Shown here piece after piece: positions 25,486 to 32,000 of a DNA stretch of 32,000 nt. Within the stretch, counting starts at the first letter, position 1. The number at the start of each line of letters is the position of its first letter. A program made the position numbers and the translations under genes. Under the pieces are notes generated by a model, which saw only the letters and a program-made list of their open reading frames with translations, was not told where the DNA came from and did no database searches. This stretch comes from Ideonella sp. (GTDB taxonomy: Bacteria; Pseudomonadota; Gammaproteobacteria; Burkholderiales; Burkholderiaceae_C), in NCBI GenBank assembly GCA_015075165.1, contig JABTUY010000002.1:875868-907867 (forward strand). The letters run 5' to 3'.

Positions 25486-25749
25486 GTGAACACCCGCCGC
25501 TGGACCGACGCAGAAGCCGAGCACATCGACGTGCGCGGCCTCTCGCCGCCGCAACCGCTGGTGGAGATCGTGCGCCTGCTCGAGGAGATCACGGCGTCGA
25601 AGCGGCCGCGGGTGGTGATCGCGCACCTCGATCGCGACCCGACGATGCTGTACCCCGAGCTCGCGCAGCGCGGCTGGACGGCGCAGCGCCTGCCGTCGGC
25701 CGACGAGGGTGTACAGCTGCGGCTGGTGCACGAAGGCGCCGACGAATGA
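25486..25749 (+). CDS. DUF2249-like small protein (TusA/SirA-like fold), 87 aa
   Basis: It starts at GTG 25486 with AGGAG 8 nt upstream; only the 3' end of track ORF 24931..25749 is credible. The pattern IDVRGLSPPQPLVEIVRLLEEI...VVIAHLDRDPTMLYPELAQRGW fits the DUF2249 signature (D.RGL.PP.P...). Confidence 0.65.
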   Translation: MNTRRWTDAEAEHIDVRGLSPPQPLVEIVRLLEEITASKRPRVVIAHLDRDPTMLYPELAQRGWTAQRLPSADEGVQLRLVHEGADE

Positions 25750-25798
25750 TCTCGCGCCGACTTCCCATTCGATGACGACCGAACTGAGGGCCAACGCC

Positions 25799-26290
25799 AT
25801 GGACTACACACTGCCGCTGTTCCTCGCCCATGCCATCGCGCTCGAGCGCGAGGCGGCCGAGCGCTACCACGAACTGGCCGACATGATGGAGGCGCATCGC
25901 AACGACGAGGTAGCCGCGCTGTTCCGCGACATGGTGCGCTACTCGCGTCTGCACCACGACTCGATCGTCGAGCGCGCGGCCGGCGTCACGCTGCCTTCGC
26001 TGGGCCCCTGGGACTACGCCTGGCGCTACCCGCCCGAGGCGGCGGGCGAGGAGACGTTCGACCCCGCGCTCAACGCCTACGACGCGCTGCGCTACGCGCG
26101 CGAGAACGAGGCGCGTGCGATGCAGTACTACAGCGACGTCGGCCTCAACTCGAGCGACCCCGAGGTGCGGCGCCTGGCCGCCGAATTCGCCGCCGAGGAG
26201 ACCGAGCACGTCGCCGCGGTCGACGATTGGTTGTCGCGCACCGCGCGGCCGGCGGCGCCGTGGGCCGCCGACCCGCATGTCGACCGCTAG
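25799..26290 (+). CDS. Ferritin-like/rubrerythrin-like four-helix-bundle protein, 163 aa
   Basis: It starts at ATG 25799 with GAGGG 8 nt upstream. Helix signatures are ALEREAAERYHEL, RENEARAMQYY and AEETEHVAAV (ExxH). The second-helix ExxH appears degenerate (VRYSRLHH). Confidence 0.7.
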   Translation: MDYTLPLFLAHAIALEREAAERYHELADMMEAHRNDEVAALFRDMVRYSRLHHDSIVERAAGVTLPSLGPWDYAWRYPPEAAGEETFDPALNAYDALRYARENEARAMQYYSDVGLNSSDPEVRRLAAEFAAEETEHVAAVDDWLSRTARPAAPWAADPHVDR

Positions 26291-26323
26291 CGGCTGTTCA
26301 CCAGGGCGACGCCCGTGCGGCCC

Positions 26324-26743
26324 TCACTCGCAGAGCTTGCGGATGTCCTCGGGCACCGCCACGCCGACGATGCGGCGGCGGTCTTCGGGGTCGCGCTTGC
26401 AGAAGATGCGGGTCTCGACGCTCTCGCAGATCAGATCGTCGCCGCGCGTGATCACGTGCTTCTGCAGGAAGACCTTGTGTCGCCACTCCTGGATGTGGGT
26501 GCTGATCAGGATCTTTTCGCCGTAGGTGGCGCTCTTGACGAAGCGGGCGGTGTGCTCGAGCAGCGGCGTGCCGATGATGCCGTTGGTATGCTCCAGCACA
26601 TGCCACGGCGGCACGCCGTTGGCCATGAAGAACTGCAGCGACGCGGCGTCCATCCAGCGGTGATAGCGCGGAAAGTACACGATGCCCGCGGGGTCGCAGT
26701 CGCCGAATCGGATCTCGACGCTCATCGTCGTGGTCTTGCTCAT
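26324..26743 (-). CDS. 4-hydroxybenzoyl-CoA thioesterase/YbgC-family hotdog acyl-CoA thioesterase, 139 aa
   Basis: It starts at ATG 26743 with GAGGAA upstream. The 4HBT N-terminal signature [24 protein letters not shown] includes the catalytic Asp region. Confidence 0.85.
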   Translation of the reverse strand: MSKTTTMSVEIRFGDCDPAGIVYFPRYHRWMDAASLQFFMANGVPPWHVLEHTNGIIGTPLLEHTARFVKSATYGEKILISTHIQEWRHKVFLQKHVITRGDDLICESVETRIFCKRDPEDRRRIVGVAVPEDIRKLCE

Positions 26744-26811
26744 GCTGTTTCGTTCCTCGCCGCGGCGGGGCATTCTACGTCTCGACATCAACCCCTCAAC
26801 GGAGTCCCACG

Positions 26812-27630
26812 ATGAAGCGCATCACACTGGCCGGCCACAAGGCGCAGCACTTCGGCTTCGCGGTGAGCGGCAAAGTCGCCACCATCACGCTGAACCGCCC
26901 CGAGCGCAAGAACCCGCTCACGTTCGATTCCTACGGCGAGCTGCGCGACCTGTTCCGCGAGATGTCGTACGCCACCGACGTGAAGGCGGTGGTGTTCACC
27001 GGCGCCGGCGGCAACTTCTGCTCGGGCGGCGACGTGCACGAGATCATCGGCCCGCTGGTGAAGATGGAGATGCCCGAGCTGCTCGAGTTCACCCGCATGA
27101 CCGGCGACCTGATCAAGGCGATGCGCGCCTGCCCGCAGCCGATCATCGCGGCGATCGACGGCGTGTGCACCGGCGCCGGCGCGATGATCGCCTGTGCCAG
27201 CGACATGCGGCTGGCCACCGCGCGCAGCAAGCTGGCGTTCCTGTTCGTGCGCGTCGGCCTGGCCGGCGCCGACATGGGCGCGTGCACGCTGCTGCCGCGG
27301 CTGATCGGCCTGTCGCGTGCCGCCGACTGGCTCTACACCGGTCGCGTGGTCAACGGCGAAGAGGCCGAGCGCGTGGGTTTCCACACGCGGCTGGTCGAGC
27401 CCGACAAGCTGATGGCCGAGGCCACCGCGCTGGCCAACGAGCTGGCCGACGGCCCAACCTTCGGCCATGCGATGACCAAGACCATGCTGTGGCAGGAGTG
27501 GAACTCGGGCCTCGGCGAGTGCATCGAGGCCGAGGCGCAGGCGCAGGCGATCTGCATGCAGACGCAGGACTTCGAGCGCGCCTACCACGCGTTTGCCGCC
27601 AAGCGCAAGCCCGTCTTCGAGGGCAACTGA
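26812..27630 (+). CDS. Enoyl-CoA hydratase/isomerase (crotonase) family protein, 272 aa
   Basis: It starts at ATG 26812 with GGAG 7 nt upstream. Motifs include [24 protein letters not shown] and [20 protein letters not shown]. Confidence 0.9.
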   Translation: MKRITLAGHKAQHFGFAVSGKVATITLNRPERKNPLTFDSYGELRDLFREMSYATDVKAVVFTGAGGNFCSGGDVHEIIGPLVKMEMPELLEFTRMTGDLIKAMRACPQPIIAAIDGVCTGAGAMIACASDMRLATARSKLAFLFVRVGLAGADMGACTLLPRLIGLSRAADWLYTGRVVNGEEAERVGFHTRLVEPDKLMAEATALANELADGPTFGHAMTKTMLWQEWNSGLGECIEAEAQAQAICMQTQDFERAYHAFAAKRKPVFEGN

Positions 27631-27655
27631 CCGCACCGCGCGCAGGAGAGCCGCC

Positions 27656-28864
27656 ATGGCCGCCGACCATGCCCACCTCGCGTGGCCGTTCTTCGACGAC
27701 GCGCATCGCGCCTACGCACGCGAGCTCGACGCCTGGTGCGCCGGCGCGCTGCCGGCGCTCGAGCACGGCGTCGGCGACGACGACGAGGCCGCCTGTGCGC
27801 ACGTGAGGCGGCTGGTGCGCGAGCTCGGCCGCGCCGGGCTGCTGCGCGCCTGCGTGCCGGCGGCCTACGGCGGCGCGCGCGAGCAGGTCGACGTGCGCGC
27901 GCTGGCGCTGGCGCGCGAGACCCTGGCTTGCGCGTCGGGCCTGGCCGATTTCGCGCTGGCGATGCAGGGCCTGGGCAGCGTGCCGGTGAGCCTGTACGGC
28001 AGCGAGGCGCACAAGCGCGCGCTGCTGCCGCGCGTGGCTTCGGGCGAGGCGATCGCCGCATTCGCGCTGTCGGAGCCCGATGCCGGCTCCGATGTGGCCG
28101 CGATGAGCGCCACCGCCGTGCGCGACGGCAGCGGCTGGCGCCTGAACGGCGTGAAGACCTGGATCTCCAACGGGCCGATCGCCGATTCGTTCGTCGTCTT
28201 CGCGCGCAGTGGCGAGTCGCCGGGTGCGAAAGGCATCTCGGCGTTCATCGTGCCGGCCGGCACGCCCGGGCTCGACACGCGCGAGAGCATCCCGGTGATT
28301 GCACCGCACCCGCTGGGCATCGTGCGGCTCAGCGATTGCCGCGTCGGCGGCGACGCGCTGCTCGGCGAGCCGGGGCAGGGTTTTCGCATCGCGATGGGCA
28401 CGCTCGATCTGTTTCGCACCACGGTCGGCGCCGCGGGCCTGGGCTTCGCGCGCCGTGCGATGGCCGAGGCGGTGCACCGCGCGCGCGAGCGGCGCATGTT
28501 CGGCCGCACGCTGGCCGAGTTCCAGCTCACGCAGACCAAGCTCGGCGAGATGGCCACCGCGATCGATGCCTCGGCGCTGCTCGTCTACCGCAGCGCCTGG
28601 ACGCGCGACGTGCAGGGCACGCGCGTCACGCGCGAGGCGTCGATGGCCAAGATGTACGCCACCGAGGCCGCGCAGCGCGTGATCGACGCCGCGGTGCAGT
28701 TGTTCGGCGGCCTGGGCGTCGTGCGCGGCATGCCGGTGGAGCGGCTGTACCGCGAGATCCGCGCGCTGCGCATCTACGAAGGCGCCAGCGAGGTGCTGCA
28801 ACTGATCATCGGCGACCAGGTGCTGCGCGCCGCCGCAGCGGGCGGGGCGGCGCCGCGGCCGTGA
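27656..28864 (+). CDS. Acyl-CoA dehydrogenase family protein, 402 aa
   Basis: It starts at ATG 27656 with AGGAG 7 nt upstream, in the frame of track ORF 27593..28864. ACAD motifs are present ([35 protein letters not shown] with the catalytic Glu region). Confidence 0.9.
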   Translation: MAADHAHLAWPFFDDAHRAYARELDAWCAGALPALEHGVGDDDEAACAHVRRLVRELGRAGLLRACVPAAYGGAREQVDVRALALARETLACASGLADFALAMQGLGSVPVSLYGSEAHKRALLPRVASGEAIAAFALSEPDAGSDVAAMSATAVRDGSGWRLNGVKTWISNGPIADSFVVFARSGESPGAKGISAFIVPAGTPGLDTRESIPVIAPHPLGIVRLSDCRVGGDALLGEPGQGFRIAMGTLDLFRTTVGAAGLGFARRAMAEAVHRARERRMFGRTLAEFQLTQTKLGEMATAIDASALLVYRSAWTRDVQGTRVTREASMAKMYATEAAQRVIDAAVQLFGGLGVVRGMPVERLYREIRALRIYEGASEVLQLIIGDQVLRAAAAGGAAPRP

Positions 28865-30384
28865 ACGCGCCGCGCGCAGCCGCACCCGCCAACGCAGCGG
28901 GCACGGGCGCGGGCAGTGACGCAGGCAGTGGCGCAGGCGCAGGGCGTTCGGACGCGGGGCGCGCGAACGAGCGTCACGAGAGCGCGGGCCGAACGGGCGC
29001 AGGCCCCGCGAGCGCAGGCCGATCGAGCGCAGCTCGCACGGGCGCCAAGCCCGATCGACCGTGGCGCAGCGGGCGGCCCGGCGCCGGCGGCTCGTTTGCG
29101 CTCGGCGCCAGCGGACGGCTGCTGCCGCTGTCGATTCCGTTGCGCTTCTTCGGCACCGCCGCCGTGTTCCACGCCTTCGCGTGGCTGGCGTTGGCGTACG
29201 GCGCGCTCGAGGCCCCACGCTGGTCGGGCGGCATTGGCTGGCCGCTGGCCGCGCTGCACGCCATCACACTGGGCGTGCTCGCGATGAGCGCCATCGGCGC
29301 CAGCCTGCAACTGGTGCCGGTGGCCACGCGGCAGGGGCTGCTGTCGCACCGCGCGGTGGCGTTGCTCTGGTGGCTCTACGCCCCGGGCGTGGCCGTGCTC
29401 GTGCTCGCGATGGCGTGGCAGCAGCCGCTGTGGATCGCGCTGGCCGCGCTGCCGGTGGTGAGCGCGCTGCTGCTCTATGGCGCGCTGCTGGCGCGTAACC
29501 TGGTGGGCGCGCGTGGCATGCCCGGTGTGCTGGCGATGGGCTGGCTCGCGGTGGCGGCGCTCGCGGTGGCGTTGGCCAGCGCGGCGGCGATGGTCGCCAC
29601 CTGGACCGGTTGGGCCGCCTGGCCGCGTCACGGCCTGCTGATGCTGCACATCGTGTGTGCCGTGTTCGGCTTCATGGGCCTGCTCGCGCTCGGCCTGTCG
29701 AACATCCTGGTGCCGATGTTCACGCTCGGTTCGGTGCCCGCCGACAAGATCCAGTTCGGCATCGCCGCGCTCGCCGCGACCGCACTGTTGGCGGCGGTGC
29801 CGGTCGCGTTCGGCGCCTGGCCGCAGGCGGCGCTGCTGGTCGCGGTGGCGTGCGCGCTGGCCGCGGCGCTGTGGCACATCGTGTCGATGCGTGCGGTGAT
29901 GCGCGCCGGCATGCGGCGCGAACTCGGCGGCTCGTTTCAGCTCGTGCGGCTGGGCTGGGCCGGCCTGCTCGCGACGCTGGTGCTGGCCGCGTGGTGGGCG
30001 CTCGAACCCGATCGCGCCGGCCTGCTCACCGCGCTGGTCGCGTGCGCCGTCGCCGGCTGGTTGCTGAGCTTCCTGTTCGGCATCCTGCAGCGCATCGTGC
30101 CGTTCCTGGTGTCGATGCATCTGGCCGGCACGATCCGCCGTGCGCCCGCGCCGTCGGCATTGACGCACGAGCGCGCGCTGGCGGTACATCGCGTCTGCCA
30201 TGGCGTCGCGCTGGCGCTGCTGGCGCTGGCGATCGGGTTCGACAGTGCGAGCCTGGCGCTGGTGGCGGCCGCGGTCGGCGGCGCGGGCGCGCTCGCGTTC
30301 GCGCTCTTCTTCGTTGTGGTGGTGCGCCGCGTCGTGCAGACGCGTGCCGCGGCGGCGGCCGCACGCGCGGCCGGCCCGCGCTGA
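28861..30384 (+). CDS. Integral membrane protein with about 12 TM helices and conserved-looking intramembrane His residues (tentatively NnrS-like); the 5' boundary is uncertain
   Basis: Only the 3' part of track ORF 27682..30384 is credible. The hydrophobic core begins near [24 protein letters not shown] (about nt 29115). There is no in-frame ATG before the first TM, so the only evident start is GTG 28861, which overlaps the ACAD stop (GTGA). That start would add an ~85 aa Ala/Gly/Arg low-complexity N-terminus. Confidence 0.6.
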   Translation: MNAPRAAAPANAAGTGAGSDAGSGAGAGRSDAGRANERHESAGRTGAGPASAGRSSAARTGAKPDRPWRSGRPGAGGSFALGASGRLLPLSIPLRFFGTAAVFHAFAWLALAYGALEAPRWSGGIGWPLAALHAITLGVLAMSAIGASLQLVPVATRQGLLSHRAVALLWWLYAPGVAVLVLAMAWQQPLWIALAALPVVSALLLYGALLARNLVGARGMPGVLAMGWLAVAALAVALASAAAMVATWTGWAAWPRHGLLMLHIVCAVFGFMGLLALGLSNILVPMFTLGSVPADKIQFGIAALAATALLAAVPVAFGAWPQAALLVAVACALAAALWHIVSMRAVMRAGMRRELGGSFQLVRLGWAGLLATLVLAAWWALEPDRAGLLTALVACAVAGWLLSFLFGILQRIVPFLVSMHLAGTIRRAPAPSALTHERALAVHRVCHGVALALLALAIGFDSASLALVAAAVGGAGALAFALFFVVVVRRVVQTRAAAAAARAAGPR

Positions 30385-30388
30385 GCGG

Positions 30389-31282
30389 CTATGTCGAACG
30401 CAGCACGTCGATCAGCGCATCCTTGCGCTGCCACAGGCCCGATAGCCAGCGCTGCACGCGCTTGCGCAGTGCCGGGTCTTCCAGACCGATGCCGCTGAGC
30501 AGGTCATGTGGAATCGCCAACCGTTCGGCGCGCACCACCACGCGACCCGTGCGGCCGCACAGAAAATCCCAGAAGCCCGGCACGCCGTCGGGGTAGACGA
30601 TCGTCGCGTCGAGCACGGCATCGACGCGATCGGCGAGCGTGGCCAGCGCCACCGCCAGGCCGCCGGCCTTGGGCCGCAGCAGATGGCGAAATGGCGAGTG
30701 CTGTGCGGCGTGCTTGCCGGCGCTGAAGCGGGTGCCTTCGACGAAGTTCATCACGCTGGTGGGCACGCGCGCGAAGCGCGCGCAGGCACGCCGCGCGACC
30801 TCGAGGTCGTCGAAGCGCTTCTTCGGGTGGCGGCGCAGTTCGGCATCGGAGTGGCGGCGCATGAACGGGAAATCGAGCGCCCACCAGGCCAGGCCGATCA
30901 CCGGCACAAAGATCAGCTCGCGCTTGAGAAAGAACTTGAGCATCGGGATGCGGCGGTTGAACACGTGCTGCAGCACGAAGATGTCGGCCCAGCTCTGGTG
31001 GTTGCACACCACCAGGTACCAGCTGCGCACGTCGAGGCCGTCGCAGTCCGGCGTGTCCCAGTGTGTGCGCTGCGTCAGTCGCATCCAGCCGCTGTTGCCG
31101 GCGACCCAGGTGGTGGCGATGCCGTTGAGCAGCGGGTCGAGCGCGCGCAGCACCGCTGGAAACGGCAGCGCCAGCCGCACCAGCGCCAGCACGAACAGCG
31201 GCAGGCACCACCACAGCGTGTTGGCCGTCAGCAGCAGCGCGGCGAGCGCGCCGCGCAGCGGCGCCGGAAGGAAGGCGAACAT
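30389..31282 (-). CDS. Acyltransferase (PlsC/YihG-like 1-acyl-sn-glycerol-3-phosphate acyltransferase family), 297 aa
   Basis: The HX4D acyltransferase motif NHQSWADIF is present, with an N-terminal membrane anchor and the block FVEGTRFS. Its 3' end is 4 bp from the convergent membrane-protein stop. Confidence 0.85.
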   Translation of the reverse strand: MFAFLPAPLRGALAALLLTANTLWWCLPLFVLALVRLALPFPAVLRALDPLLNGIATTWVAGNSGWMRLTQRTHWDTPDCDGLDVRSWYLVVCNHQSWADIFVLQHVFNRRIPMLKFFLKRELIFVPVIGLAWWALDFPFMRRHSDAELRRHPKKRFDDLEVARRACARFARVPTSVMNFVEGTRFSAGKHAAQHSPFRHLLRPKAGGLAVALATLADRVDAVLDATIVYPDGVPGFWDFLCGRTGRVVVRAERLAIPHDLLSGIGLEDPALRKRVQRWLSGLWQRKDALIDVLRST

Positions 31283-31413
31283 CGGCCGAGCGTAGCAGCA
31301 GCGGGGCGCGCCGCGGCACGGGTGGCCGATGCCGACGCGGCGCAGCGGCTTCGGGCCCCGCGTTTGTCCCCGGACAAGCCGGGGCGTTCGCCGGGCGCTT
31401 GCGGGGAGACAAA

Positions 31414-31436
31414 AAGATGCATACCATATGCATCAA
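31414..31436. promoter_or_regulatory. AT-rich 11-1-11 inverted repeat AAGATGCATAC-C-ATATGCATCAA, a candidate Rrf2-family (NsrR/IscR-type) operator upstream of sufB
   Basis: The arms GATGCATA/TATGCATC are perfect 8-bp complements. It is the only AT-rich patch in the divergent region and lies about 58 bp upstream of the sufB ATG. Confidence 0.4.
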
Positions 31437-31493
31437 TTAAGCGACCCCCCTCGATCACCGCCGTGCGGGGCCCATTCGAACCGGAGCGTGCCG

Positions 31494-32000
31494 ATGTCTG
31501 CCACTGAGCAACGCGACCCCCTGGCCAAGGCGCTGGGGCAGCCGTACCGGCATGGTTTCGTCACCGACGTCGAGTCCGATGCGCTGCCGCCCGGGCTCGA
31601 CGAGCAGACGGTGCGCGAGATCTCGCGGCGCAAGCGCGAGCCCGAGTTCCTGCTGCGCTGGCGCCTGGCGGCGTTCGAGCGCTGGCAGTCGATGAGCCCG
31701 CCGCACTGGGCGGCGCTGAACATCGCGCCGATCGATTTCCAGGCGCAGTGCTACTACTCGGCGCCGAAGTCGCTGGCCGATGGGCCCAAGAGCCTCGACG
31801 AGGTCGACCCCAAGCTGCTCGAAACCTACGAGAAGCTCAACGTGCCGCTGCACGAGCGCGCGCGGCTGGCCGGCGTGGCGGTCGACGCGGTGTTCGATTC
31901 GGTCTCGGTCGGCACCACGTTCCGCGAGCAGCTGGCCGCGGTGGGCGTGATCTTCTGTTCGTTCTCGCATGCGGTCGAGCACCATCCGGAGCTGATCGAG
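31494..32000 (+). CDS. sufB: Fe-S cluster assembly protein SufB, N-terminal 169 codons; continues beyond the window
   Basis: It starts at ATG 31494 with GGAG 7 nt upstream. It is absent from the ORF track because it has no stop in the window. My translation is MSATEQRDPLAKALGQPYRHGFVTDVESDALPPGLDEQTVREISRRKREPEFLLRWRLAAFERWQSM...PHWA, a typical SufB N-terminus. Confidence 0.9.
   Translation, partial: MSATEQRDPLAKALGQPYRHGFVTDVESDALPPGLDEQTVREISRRKREPEFLLRWRLAAFERWQSMSPPHWAALNIAPIDFQAQCYYSAPKSLADGPKSLDEVDPKLLETYEKLNVPLHERARLAGVAVDAVFDSVSVGTTFREQLAAVGVIFCSFSHAVEHHPELIE

Noticed and set aside
24719-25800. Track ORFs 24719..25489 (+), 24931..25485 (+), 24865..25800 (-) and 25161..25811 (-) as protein genes
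   Set aside because: They run through palindromes and inverted repeats, translate to repeat-derived low-complexity peptides (for example SEHSERSERSEF), and lack RBS or motif support. Only the 3' end of 24931..25749 (DUF2249, starting at GTG 25486) looks genuine.
27682-28860. The upstream part of track ORF 27682..30384 (900 aa)
   Set aside because: It lies out of frame over the acyl-CoA dehydrogenase and is Arg-rich nonsense. Only the membrane-protein portion from 28861 onward is credible.
31416-31434. A Fur box upstream of sufB
   Set aside because: Only about 9 of 19 positions match GATAATGATAATCATTATC. The ATGCAT arms and 11-1-11 geometry fit Rrf2-type operators better.

Overview
This is a very GC-rich (by eye about 70%) proteobacterial chromosome segment. 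It is dominated by a supercluster for anaerobic conversion of phenol to benzoyl-CoA. Left to right: (1) the 3' end of 4-hydroxybenzoyl-CoA reductase (hcrA partial, then hcrB with the diagnostic 4-Cys insertion), a fused NfnA-NfnB-like oxidoreductase, and a benzoate/4-hydroxybenzoate-CoA-ligase-family enzyme with an unusual N-terminal Zn-ribbon plus diiron ferritin-like extension. (2) A roughly 2.7 kb accessory islet with visibly lower GC3. It holds an MNT-HEPN toxin-antitoxin pair bracketed by ~160 bp direct repeats, an orphan XRE antitoxin next to a toxin stub, and a SAM methyltransferase. (3) A divergently transcribed XylR/DmpR-type sigma54 activator, translationally coupled to a YhbP-like FMN-binding protein. 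(4) A sigma54-promoter-driven operon: ppsABC (phenylphosphate synthase), ppcB, a flavin-reductase-like gene, ppcD, ppcA, ppcC (phenylphosphate carboxylase), a third UbiD paralog, ubiX, and an archaeal-type (DUF120) riboflavin-kinase homolog overlapping ubiX. (5) A crotonase plus BadH-like SDR, a 0.8 kb palindrome/REP-rich spacer, a DUF2249 plus ferritin-like pair, a thioesterase, a crotonase, an acyl-CoA dehydrogenase, a 12-TM His-bearing membrane protein, an acyltransferase, and the start of sufB. I recognised no rRNA, tRNA, CRISPR array or transposase. The long Arg/Ala/Gly-rich antisense ORFs in the track are high-GC artefacts. The observations most worth follow-up are the cluster of flavin-handling accessory genes around three UbiD paralogs and UbiX (a candidate anaerobic prFMN supply/maturation module), the rubrerythrin-like CoA ligase fusion, and the fused NfnAB-like enzyme next to hcrAB. 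All homology calls come from motif recognition by eye. No database search was possible.
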